Positions 1-8,046 of a DNA stretch of 42,715 bases are shown piece by piece; position 1 is the first letter of the stretch; every line of letters begins with the position of its first letter. A program made the position numbers and the translations under genes. The DNA is from a virus (taxonomy: Duplodnaviria > Caudoviricetes): IMG/VR virus record IMGVR_UViG_3300024283_000302, positions 1 through 42,715 of that record, one strand, 5' to 3'. The notes beneath the pieces are model-generated. The model was not told where the DNA came from and did not search any database. It saw nothing but the letters and a program-made list of their open reading frames with translations.

Positions 1-202
1 CGCCACGAACTTCGGTTGCGTTGTTGGGGATCGCGAAACCGAAGTTCGTGGCGACGAGTTCGTTCGAAGGCGTGCCAATGCCGATGGCGGCTGTTGCGAA
101 CGCGCCGTCATTCGCGGTGATGTTGCCGGGGTTCGACCAGACGACGTTGGGTCCACCCCCGTCCGCTCCCGTGCCCGCGATTGTTGGTCCCGCGACACTC
201 AT
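1..202 (-). CDS. Virion/fibre-type beta-rich protein, runs off window start (not in ORF track)
   Basis: ATG at 202 gives MSVAGPTIAGTGADGGGPNVVWSNPGNITANDGAFATAAIGIGTPSNELVATNFGFAIPNNAT; WSNPGN...TNFGFAIP pattern recalled from phage structural/secreted proteins. Confidence 0.6.
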   Translation of the reverse strand, partial: MSVAGPTIAGTGADGGGPNVVWSNPGNITANDGAFATAAIGIGTPSNELVATNFGFAIPNNATEVRG

Positions 203-206
203 GGCG

Positions 207-398
207 TTACTCCGCCGCCGTCAGGGTGAAGGGAGTGTCGTTGGGTTCCGTGAGGGAGAGGGAGAGCGACGGCCCGCTCCCGAGCGACCCCAGGATATTT
301 TGGTCGTTTAGCGAGTCGTAGTTCGTCACGACGGCGCGGAGGTCGAATTTTGGGAACCCCCGCGCATCGGTCACGATCAATAAGAATTGTTTTTGCAT
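207..398 (-). CDS. Hypothetical late protein (63 aa)
   Basis: AAGGAG RBS before ATG 398; closely packed in minus-strand operon. Confidence 0.6.
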   Translation of the reverse strand: MQKQFLLIVTDARGFPKFDLRAVVTNYDSLNDQNILGSLGSGPSLSLSLTEPNDTPFTLTAAE

Positions 399-409
399 GT
401 TTCGCTCCT

Positions 410-745
410 TTATTTCACAAATAGCGTTACGTCGCACGCGGCGCCGACGTTGTTCGTGGGCGAGGTGCAGCCGGCGATTACGATGCCGATGAGGTGCTGG
501 AAGCCAACTTTCGAAAGCGGGATTACGACGCCTCCGGACGCGGGGATGGGAATAAAGTAGTCGGGAACGGTCGTGCCCACGGTCACGTTAGCCGCCAACG
601 CGTCGAACACCTGAAGGAACGCTTCCGCGGCGGTTTGGTTCACCACGACGAGCCCATGCAACATGCACTGCGACGCGGTAACGGTGACTTTAGTCGCGGC
701 GACCGCGGCTTTCGATATCGGTTTCGGGATCGGAATAAAGTTCAT
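410..745 (-). CDS. Small beta-sandwich virion protein (decoration/spike-like)
   Basis: 111 aa of alternating hydrophobic beta-strands (LHGLVVVN, FLQVFD, GIVIAG); GAGG RBS; late-module context. Confidence 0.55.
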   Translation of the reverse strand: MNFIPIPKPISKAAVAATKVTVTASQCMLHGLVVVNQTAAEAFLQVFDALAANVTVGTTVPDYFIPIPASGGVVIPLSKVGFQHLIGIVIAGCTSPTNNVGAACDVTLFVK

Positions 746-768
746 TGGACGCGTTTCCTCGCTTAATT

Positions 769-1128
769 CTATTTTAGCCTAACGTCTTCGATCCGAGCTT
801 CCACGCGTTCTAACGCCCGTAGAATCAACTCGTCCCGGACCTTCGCGGCGAGTTGTTCCGCAATGACGCTGTGGAGCATCGTGCGCGCGGGCGCGACGCG
901 TTTCTCCACGATCTCGTCGAACTTGAGTTCCCAGAACGACGGAGGTTTGGAGCCCGACGAATCCGCTGTGCCGTTCACGGAACCACCGTTTCCGTTCGTT
1001 CGCTTCACTAAACCAAGTTTCGTCGCGGTCCACACGCCCACTGCGGCGAGGAACGCCACCGCGATCACGGCCGCGGGCAAGACGGACCAGTCTTTGGGAT
1101 TCGGGAGCTGGAGAATTGGGGGGAGCAC
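769..1128 (-). CDS. Single-TM membrane protein, holin/antiholin-like
   Basis: N-terminal TM (VLPAAVIAVAFLAAVGVWTAT) and C-terminal coiled coil; TAAACT -10 box 6 nt before the GTG (leaderless geometry). Confidence 0.55.
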   Translation of the reverse strand: MLPPILQLPNPKDWSVLPAAVIAVAFLAAVGVWTATKLGLVKRTNGNGGSVNGTADSSGSKPPSFWELKFDEIVEKRVAPARTMLHSVIAEQLAAKVRDELILRALERVEARIEDVRLK

Positions 1129-1137
1129 AACGTTAGT

Positions 1138-1767
1138 TTACGCTGTGCGGAGGCGCCGGCGGGAGAACCGAGTGGAGAGCGGGAGGCGGACGGAATCCAG
1201 CCGGCGCACAACGCCACGAATCGGGTAGGCAACGTAGGTGCTTGCGAGGAAGAGGGCGAGGGCCACGGCACAAAAGGTCGAATAAATCGGCGCGTAAGCG
1301 GTGGAGAATGTCGCGGAAATAATCTGTCCCGTTGTCCACAAACCAATTCCCACCCACGTCGAGCGCGGCAGAAACGGCCCGTGGATGTAAGAGATCGCGG
1401 CAGCGAACAACGCGAGAGATCCGCAAATCAATCCCAGCACATATTGACGCTGGGGCGCGTACAACCACACTTCAGAGATCAACAACGCCGTGAGGGAGAG
1501 CGTCACGACCCAGTACAATCCCGAGAGTGTGCGGAACGTCGCGGGGAAGAAGGTGAATAGTAAGAGAACGTAGGTGAGAGAATGTCCGCCCCAGTAAATA
1601 TACGGCCACGCCGAGAGCGAATGCGTCACCATAAGCACGACTTCGAATATCAACTGCCATCCCACGAACACCATCAATCCTGGATTCATCCGTAATGAAA
1701 CCAAGCGCCGGAAGCACAAAACTTCCAGCGCCAAGTTCGCCATCCAAATTGTGTTCGCGAAAGTCAT
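1138..1767 (-). CDS. Seven-TM integral membrane protein, no enzymatic domain
   Basis: Seven hydrophobic segments, PYIYW in TM3, GIG in TM6, Arg-rich C-terminal tail. Confidence 0.75.
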   Translation of the reverse strand: MTFANTIWMANLALEVLCFRRLVSLRMNPGLMVFVGWQLIFEVVLMVTHSLSAWPYIYWGGHSLTYVLLLFTFFPATFRTLSGLYWVVTLSLTALLISEVWLYAPQRQYVLGLICGSLALFAAAISYIHGPFLPRSTWVGIGLWTTGQIISATFSTAYAPIYSTFCAVALALFLASTYVAYPIRGVVRRLDSVRLPLSTRFSRRRLRTA

Positions 1768-1770
1768 GAT

Positions 1771-1875
1771 TTACTGGCCAGGCGGTTTGGGAGCGGGTGC
1801 GCCTTCCCAACCACTCGGAGCTTTCTGTTCGTCTTGCTCGTCGTCGTGCGGGAGTTCGGGTTTCTCGTCGGGCAT
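1771..1875 (-). CDS. 34-aa acidic/Pro-rich peptide MPDEKPELPHDDEQDEQKAPSGWEGAPAPKPPGQ (not in ORF track)
   Basis: AAAGGA RBS, ATG 1875, TAA 1771-1773; ends 3 nt before the 7-TM ATG and fills the gap between two genes. Confidence 0.7.
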   Translation of the reverse strand: MPDEKPELPHDDEQDEQKAPSGWEGAPAPKPPGQ

Positions 1876-1899
1876 TGTAAAAGATCCTTTATGATTGCG

Positions 1900-2100
1900 T
1901 TATTTAACGTGATTATGCCACAGCCAGCGGAGGAATTGCAACAACAAAGTGAAGCCCACTCCGATTCCACTCGCCTTCCAGATCGACACGTTTTTCGCTT
2001 CGGATTCGTGTTCCCGGAGCCGGTCGGCTTCCAAACGCGCGACCTTCTCCTTCAATTCCGCGATATCCTTGGCAAACTCGATCTCAACACGTTCGTTCAT
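1900..2100 (-). CDS. Coiled-coil plus C-terminal TM protein (XhlA/holin-like), 66 aa
   Basis: GGAGG RBS before ATG 2100; heptad segment then GIGVGFTLLLQFLRWLW; TATACT -10 box at 2136-2141. Confidence 0.6.
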   Translation of the reverse strand: MNERVEIEFAKDIAELKEKVARLEADRLREHESEAKNVSIWKASGIGVGFTLLLQFLRWLWHNHVK

Positions 2101-2154
2101 TTCCGCTTTCCTCCGAGCGTGTTGGGCACAGAGATAGTATATCGCATTCGGGGG

Positions 2155-2184
2155 TTGACAGAATTCTAAGAGTCCTCTTATAAT
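2155..2184 (+). promoter_or_regulatory. Consensus sigma70 promoter of two-gene moron
   Basis: TTGACA-N18-TATAAT; second candidate TTGACT-N17-CACACT at 2196-2224. Confidence 0.8.
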
Positions 2185-2284
2185 CAAAATCGTGATTGAC
2201 TCCCGTGCGGAACTGTGTCACACTCCCCGCACTATGAGACAATCACGCGTTGTAAAAATTCTACTTCAAAAGGAAACTCAAAAC

Positions 2285-2926
2285 GTGTACAAAACTATCT
2301 TTGTTGTTGCGTTGTGTATCGCAGCGACCGCGTGTGGTGGCGCTCAAGTGGTGATGCCCCAGGATGGCGGAGGGTGTTGTATAGCGACGCCGACTCCTAC
2401 TCCGGTGCCGCCCGCACCCACGCCCACACCTAATCCTAACTTCGTTCCCCCGCAACCGCTCACGTGTACGGGCAATATTCTCGTTGGCGGCGGGCAGCAA
2501 TGTACGTTCAGTGATGGCGTGTCGTTCTATCGCGCGGATCAATTCTCGGAAGCGATCGGGCCGGATGGGCACGGGACGTTTCAGATCATAAGCGAGGAAG
2601 GGTTTAACGGGACCGCGTTGCACCAAGTCACCTTCACGTTCCCCGTTCCCATTCGTTTACTGGAAATCCACGGCACCGCGAGCATCGATTCGTGGTGCAA
2701 CAACAACGGTGTGGTAACGACGTGGGACTCAAATGCGACGGACGGCACAATCGGTCATATCGTGGGAGCGAAGAATTTTCTCTTCAACTCGGGCGACACA
2801 GTGTCGTATGTGATACCGCAGACGGTGTTCCCTGCGCCGATCCCAATCGCGTCTGTGACGCATAATGTATTTGTCGATCTCTGCGCGGGCTCGACCATCC
2901 ATTGGGTTCTGTTCGGGTCATTTTAG
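2285..2926 (+). CDS. Lipoprotein (moron)
   Basis: AAGGA RBS and GTG 2285; MYKTIFVVALCIAATA|CGG lipobox-like; PT-rich linker then beta-rich domain. Confidence 0.75.
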   Translation: MYKTIFVVALCIAATACGGAQVVMPQDGGGCCIATPTPTPVPPAPTPTPNPNFVPPQPLTCTGNILVGGGQQCTFSDGVSFYRADQFSEAIGPDGHGTFQIISEEGFNGTALHQVTFTFPVPIRLLEIHGTASIDSWCNNNGVVTTWDSNATDGTIGHIVGAKNFLFNSGDTVSYVIPQTVFPAPIPIASVTHNVFVDLCAGSTIHWVLFGSF

Positions 2927-2935
2927 AAAGGTCAC

Positions 2936-3520
2936 ATGAAAAAATTAATAACACTCGCCCTGCTGTTGTCCAGCGTGTTCGCGCTTAATGGATACAAACA
3001 TCTAAGCACACTCAATCCAATCAACCCGCCTTCTGTAATGGCGGCCACACTCCTGCCGATGTGCGACACCAATGGCGCGTGTAATTATCAATACAATTAC
3101 ACATGGGGTTATTGCCAGTGGCAGAGTTACCAGACGGCCAAAACCTTCACCGTCGCGGTGGAAATCGGCATTAACAGCGGCAACGTGAGTGATGTGTGCT
3201 ATGTGCCGTTGGCGTTCGGCGGGAATGTCGTGAACGCGCAGGGGGTAACGAACTACACGCCTTGGACTGCGAATCTTAGTAGTATGTTTTTGAACGTCCG
3301 GGCATGTACGGGAGCGGCGTTTGGTTGCGCTTATCCCTCACAGCAAGAGCATGTTTTCGCGCATAAATACACGGTGAAAGGTACGCCGCAGTCGGTTCCG
3401 TTTTCAAGCGCCTTTATCACACCGCTCACCACTAACGGTTTTATGGTGGTGTTTAACGACGATTTAATAGCAGCAAAACCCACAACCATCAACCTGTCGT
3501 TCTCAGGGAACTTGCAGTAG
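2936..3520 (+). CDS. Secreted beta-rich protein (moron), probable paralog of upstream lipoprotein
   Basis: MKKLITLALLLSSVFA signal peptide; Cys-containing beta domain. Confidence 0.75.
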   Translation: MKKLITLALLLSSVFALNGYKHLSTLNPINPPSVMAATLLPMCDTNGACNYQYNYTWGYCQWQSYQTAKTFTVAVEIGINSGNVSDVCYVPLAFGGNVVNAQGVTNYTPWTANLSSMFLNVRACTGAAFGCAYPSQQEHVFAHKYTVKGTPQSVPFSSAFITPLTTNGFMVVFNDDLIAAKPTTINLSFSGNLQ

Positions 3521-3534
3521 TCTGTTAGATCCTA

Positions 3535-3560
3535 GGGCCGTCCTTCGGGGCGGCCTTTTT
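3535..3560 (+). terminator. Intrinsic terminator of moron
   Basis: GGCCGTCC-TTCG-GGGCGGCC followed by TTTTT. Confidence 0.85.
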
Positions 3561-5028
3561 AATTGCTTGGTGTGAGCAGAAACGTCATAGTTGGGACTCT
3601 GGTGGCGGTGTCGTTGAAAATGTTCCACGCGTCGGCCCCAGCGGTCGTTTTGGCCTGCAACTTAATTGTGTGGGACGCTCCATCCCCGGTAATCGCCCAG
3701 CCAAGAGTTGATGCAGTCGTATTGTTTAAAACTGCTGTTACTTGATTTTCCACCACCACGCTGGTATCAAGGAGTGCCAAGCCGACACTGGTGGTCGCGG
3801 TTGTTGGAAATACGACTGCATTGACCTGTATGCTTAGTTTCCAGCCTGTAGGAATAGTTACTGTATACGCAAGATTCGTTGCATCGACATCCGCAAAAGA
3901 AGTGTTGGTGCCGTTGTAATTCCCCAGGCCCGTGCCCTTTTTTAGTGTGATTGTCGGAATGCCCGTGCCCGTGGGAGTGCTGTTTATGACTGGACTCGTC
4001 AACGTGGTGGACGTGAAGGTATCGCCCGACGTTGCCGCTACCGTCAACGCCCCGCCGTTGTTGTTGTTCATCTTCCAGCGGTGAGCGGTCGAATCGGCGT
4101 AGAGCAAATCGCTCGACGCAACCCCGCTCGGTGCGGCGACTTCAACTTCCGCGTATGGTTCGGTGGACGAAATCACGGTGCCATTGTCGGTAATCGCCGA
4201 GTTCCCGATAATCCCGCTCGCGCCCGTGGTGAATTTGGGGATGATGTTGTTCGTGCCGGTGCCGGTGTTGACGGTGCCGGACGTGGGGAACGTCGCAGTC
4301 GAGTTCTGTGCCGTACCGCCTTGTGCAGTTGGTAACGGCGAGGCGAGATGGGTCGCGGTGACTTGATCGGACGTGTTAATGTCCACGCCAGATTGCACGA
4401 ACTGTACCGCGCTGCCACCGTTGTCGCACTTTTTAAGCCGGTGCGCTGCCGAATCCGCCCACACGAAATCCACGCCCGCCACGCACGTTGGTGCGGCTTG
4501 TTCGAGAAGGCCGAGTCCCAGGAGTTTCCATAACGCGGTGGTTGGTGAGTTCCCCGCGTCGATTCGCATGTACGTGGCGTCGCTTAAAGTTGGGGTGACA
4601 AGCGGAGTAATATTCGACGGGGCTTTAGTGTCCAGTGAAACCGTTACCTCAGAGAGCGCGAAATGATACAGTGCTCCATGAACCGGCGCTCCGTTATACA
4701 ACGTCGTGATCGAATAAAGCGTGGTGTCCAGCGTGCCCGCCGCCGTGATTTGGTCGTTGGGTATGAGCGCGGTGGAAACCAAACCATTCGCGTCCGGCGA
4801 AACACAAACGTTATCGGTTTGGACTAAAACCGCGCTTCCCGCTACGTGAGGATCGGGTACGGCCTGTCCCGTGGCGTCTACCAACGACAGGCATAATTTT
4901 GCCTTGGTAGCCTGGTTGCCGCCAAACAGCGTTTTTAAATCCGCGGTGAGCGTGATGGTGGATTGACCGAACGCGCCCAACGCGCTAAACAGCAGCAGAA
5001 CTATCGGAACTAGAATTCTTCGTTTCAT
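3559..5028 (-). CDS. Tail fibre/receptor-binding-like protein with N-terminal signal peptide (489 aa)
   Basis: Likely ATG 5028 (MKRRILVPIVLLLFSALGAFG|Q); T/G/S/A-rich; internal repeat (APxxV...ADSxAHR...NGG); LPTAQGGT fibre motif; beta-sandwich tip; follows ejection genes. Confidence 0.7.
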   Translation of the reverse strand: MKRRILVPIVLLLFSALGAFGQSTITLTADLKTLFGGNQATKAKLCLSLVDATGQAVPDPHVAGSAVLVQTDNVCVSPDANGLVSTALIPNDQITAAGTLDTTLYSITTLYNGAPVHGALYHFALSEVTVSLDTKAPSNITPLVTPTLSDATYMRIDAGNSPTTALWKLLGLGLLEQAAPTCVAGVDFVWADSAAHRLKKCDNGGSAVQFVQSGVDINTSDQVTATHLASPLPTAQGGTAQNSTATFPTSGTVNTGTGTNNIIPKFTTGASGIIGNSAITDNGTVISSTEPYAEVEVAAPSGVASSDLLYADSTAHRWKMNNNNGGALTVAATSGDTFTSTTLTSPVINSTPTGTGIPTITLKKGTGLGNYNGTNTSFADVDATNLAYTVTIPTGWKLSIQVNAVVFPTTATTSVGLALLDTSVVVENQVTAVLNNTTASTLGWAITGDGASHTIKLQAKTTAGADAWNIFNDTATRVPTMTFLLTPSN

Positions 5029-5530
5029 TTTGATTTTGCGCCTTGTCGATTTTTTGGTCGCCGAACAAAAACACGCTCCCGGGTTGGTGCTTTGACGCTT
5101 CGTAGCCGTCGTATCCCGCTTCAAGTAAAGCGTGCTCGGCGCTATTCGCGGCGACCGCCTTCGCCATCGCGGGATCCACGCCGTTCGCGACGTTCTCTTT
5201 GAACGATTGCGTGAGCGCGGTGGCCCACGTCGCTCTCGCCGCCCCATCAATATCCGCAATCGCCTTGTCACCCGAAATCCCGACCGCGTTCTTGCGCGAC
5301 GCGATGGAAGGGTGGGCGACGTGACCCGCACGATAGGCGTGGACGCCGGCCGGCGCACCCCTCCCGAGCTTCACGCGGTGAGCATCGGACGCTTGAGGAG
5401 AACTCCCCCTCCGCGCTCCGTGCAGAACGCCACCTTCCACATTAGCGTCTGTGAAATGTGTTCCTGCGAAGGGCGTCTTCGGGGGCGAGAATTGGCCGGT
5501 CGATTGAAAGTCGAGTGGGTGATTAGCCAT
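4985..5530 (-). CDS. ADP-ribosyltransferase-fold-like protein (polyvalent-protein ART-like domain)
   Basis: GTHFT...VHAY...EHALLEAGYDGY...VFLFG pattern; TAAAAT box 8 nt before ATG. Confidence 0.45.
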   Translation of the reverse strand: MANHPLDFQSTGQFSPPKTPFAGTHFTDANVEGGVLHGARRGSSPQASDAHRVKLGRGAPAGVHAYRAGHVAHPSIASRKNAVGISGDKAIADIDGAARATWATALTQSFKENVANGVDPAMAKAVAANSAEHALLEAGYDGYEASKHQPGSVFLFGDQKIDKAQNQNETKNSSSDSSAAV

Positions 5531-5541
5531 ACAAGGCTATT

Positions 5542-8046
5542 TTACTTGGTGCGACGCGGCGCCAAGCGGTACTCGCCGGACGAGAGATAATCGCCCACCC
5601 GCGACGCCGGCACATCGCCGTGTTCACCGGAACGATGGATCAACTCGATCGTGTTCGGCGCCCGGCCCGGTTTCCCGAACGTTTGTGCGGCGTTCCCCGC
5701 GAATTTACGCAGGATCTCGGAATCGGCCACTCCGCTATTGTTGTTCGCGACTTCGAGCGAACCGTCCGGTCGTTGCCGTAATACGGCCTCGCCGTTCCCC
5801 ACGTCGATCGAGCCCCCGTGCACGCCGGTCGCTCCAGTCTTCGTGTTTATCTTGAGCGTAGTTCCGCGGTGCAACTCCTCCAACGACCCGCCCCCGATAT
5901 TTGAGTGTCCCGACGCCCCGCCCGTCCGCATCGCTTCAGTCTGCAAATCGGTCCCGCGCCTTATCGCCTGGATCCGCTCCGGCACACTTAGCGAATCGTA
6001 CGGTCGCCCGAATAACTGCTGGGCTCCGCGTTCGTTAAACTCCGCCGCTTGTGCGGGCGAGTTGTGGGCGGTCGCGTTCTTCATCGCCGTAACGTCGGGG
6101 TGCTCGGTCGGAGTGCGGCCGTTCACGTAATCGCGTATGAGCGCCGGAATCACACCTTCGTTCGACGCGGGCGACTCAATCGTCCGTCCGTTCGTAAGTG
6201 TGGACTGCGATTTCTCTGGCAATCCGATCGCCGCATTAACCTGTTCCGGCAGCAACCCACGAATATTCGGCCCCGCGCCGATTTGTTGCGGAACGCGCAC
6301 AGCGTTTGGTAGCGTCGAGGCGTTCGCTTGGGAATTATAAGGAACGTGCTCGAACGTTCCCGCAGCGCCCGGCGGTGTCGCGCCCAAACGCTGCAACCGC
6401 GTGGTCGAGGCGATGGGCGGTGGCGCTAACGACGGGTTCTGAATGGAACTCGGTCCGAGGGGCGTGGCACCGGGACCGAGCAACCCAGCCGGTTGTAGGG
6501 GCGTGTAGAGCGGCGCGTCCGGCGTCGCCGGGCCGAGATTCGACAACGACCGCATCACGCGGTTCTGGTACTGCGCGATTGGCGTCGTCGCATCGGGATT
6601 CACGACCGCTTGAATAATATCGGGAATCGCTTTAACGATAGTCCCGGGGCGCGTCAACTGGACTTTTAGCGCCGCGCGTTTCGATGCCGTGATTCGCGGA
6701 TTATTTCCGAGATCGTTCCGCCTTGACATCAACGCTTGGTTCGCAGTTTTCGTGACCCCCGCTTTCGCCTCAATCAACGCTCCTTCGCGCTGGGCGAGCG
6801 AACGCACATCATCCCGCCCGCTTAAATCCGCCAAGCGATCGTAATAACTCTGCCGCAGTGCCGACGCTCCGATCCTCTTCGCTTGCATCGCCGCGGGGCT
6901 TACGTCCTGCGCCGCCACCGACTTATTCAACTCCGGTGCGAGTTCGTCATTCAACGCGTGGCGGAGCTGGTCGGCGGAACCAATGTCCTTCGCCGTCCGA
7001 ATGCGATCCGCGACGGATTGCAACTCGTCAATTTGAGCTTGCGCGCGGCCCGCAGTCTTCGGGTTCGGCGAACGCGCTTCATTCCGCATTTGATCGGTGA
7101 TCTTACCTTCCGCTGCCTGCGCCGCCGCTTCGGGATCAAACGCCGCCGTTTTGTACGGACTACGAATCGCCGCGACTTGAGCTTCGTGGTTGTCGATCGA
7201 TCCCTGGATTACTTTCTGCGGCAGCTCGACCCCAGCGCGCCCTTTCGGCACATTAATCTGCGGTTCCGCTCCCAACCTTACGCGAATCGGGTTCGCGGGG
7301 TTCGCCGCCGCTTCCTTTGCCGCAGCGTTCCTCACTTCGCCGAGAATACTCGTTTTTGCAACGGCGTTCTCCGGGTGTAACACATTAAACGCCGATTCCT
7401 GCGCCGGTGTCGTGACCTTCGCCAATGGCGGCGTTTTCGGTCTTAACGCCTCCCCCGCCACGATCGGCGCGATAATGCCTGTCGTAGTGCCGAGACCCCC
7501 CGCGACGTTCCCCTCGCCCAACTGCTCTCCCGCTTTCGCCGGCGCATTCCCCAGCACAGGCGACGCCACCGCCGCCCCTAAATAACCAGTCCCGCCGATT
7601 TCGTGGGCAAGAAAACCCGGCACGTCGCGATTGCTTAACGCGGTGTTCGCTGCATCCGCCTCGCCATACGCTTTCTTCACCAACGGTGGAATGTTCGTGA
7701 CCGCGCTCTCTGCCATCGCTTTGAGCGGAGCGGCGGGATCCAACGCATTTAACACGGTCTTAAACGGGTGCTTCCCGGCTTCCTGGTTCGCGGCAGCCAT
7801 TTGTTCGGGAGCCAGTCCAAGCACGCTTGCAGCGGAGTGGAAGAAGCCCTCGGGTTTGGGAGCGGTAGGGGCGGTTTGATCCGGCCCGACGATGCCCGTA
7901 TTATTCGGGTCGTTCTGACCCGTGTTTACTACAGTTGCACCGGGCGGAAGGTCGGAGAACGCTGTGGGAGCGGATTTCTGCTTCGGCGCACCGCTTACGA
8001 CGGTCGCGCCTTGGGGCAAATCGGAATATTGAGGATTCGCTGGCAC
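5542..8046 (-). CDS. Large DNA-ejection (internal virion) protein
   Basis: ~830 aa, Ala/Pro/Gly-rich and helical; N-terminal SDLPxGATVV twice; last of three ejection-type genes; GTG overlaps upstream stop. Confidence 0.7.
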   Translation of the reverse strand: MPANPQYSDLPQGATVVSGAPKQKSAPTAFSDLPPGATVVNTGQNDPNNTGIVGPDQTAPTAPKPEGFFHSAASVLGLAPEQMAAANQEAGKHPFKTVLNALDPAAPLKAMAESAVTNIPPLVKKAYGEADAANTALSNRDVPGFLAHEIGGTGYLGAAVASPVLGNAPAKAGEQLGEGNVAGGLGTTTGIIAPIVAGEALRPKTPPLAKVTTPAQESAFNVLHPENAVAKTSILGEVRNAAAKEAAANPANPIRVRLGAEPQINVPKGRAGVELPQKVIQGSIDNHEAQVAAIRSPYKTAAFDPEAAAQAAEGKITDQMRNEARSPNPKTAGRAQAQIDELQSVADRIRTAKDIGSADQLRHALNDELAPELNKSVAAQDVSPAAMQAKRIGASALRQSYYDRLADLSGRDDVRSLAQREGALIEAKAGVTKTANQALMSRRNDLGNNPRITASKRAALKVQLTRPGTIVKAIPDIIQAVVNPDATTPIAQYQNRVMRSLSNLGPATPDAPLYTPLQPAGLLGPGATPLGPSSIQNPSLAPPPIASTTRLQRLGATPPGAAGTFEHVPYNSQANASTLPNAVRVPQQIGAGPNIRGLLPEQVNAAIGLPEKSQSTLTNGRTIESPASNEGVIPALIRDYVNGRTPTEHPDVTAMKNATAHNSPAQAAEFNERGAQQLFGRPYDSLSVPERIQAIRRGTDLQTEAMRTGGASGHSNIGGGSLEELHRGTTLKINTKTGATGVHGGSIDVGNGEAVLRQRPDGSLEVANNNSGVADSEILRKFAGNAAQTFGKPGRAPNTIELIHRSGEHGDVPASRVGDYLSSGEYRLAPRRTK

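Noticed and set aside
1-53. Perfect 17-bp inverted repeat (1-17 and 37-53)
   Set aside because: It sits exactly at the window edge inside a CDS, typical of a fold-back read or assembly artefact; not treated as a hairpin telomere without read evidence
5029-5358. N-terminal extension of the 599-aa ORF in the track
   Set aside because: Arg-rich shadow translation overlapping gene 4985-5530; ATG 5028 gives a clean signal peptide
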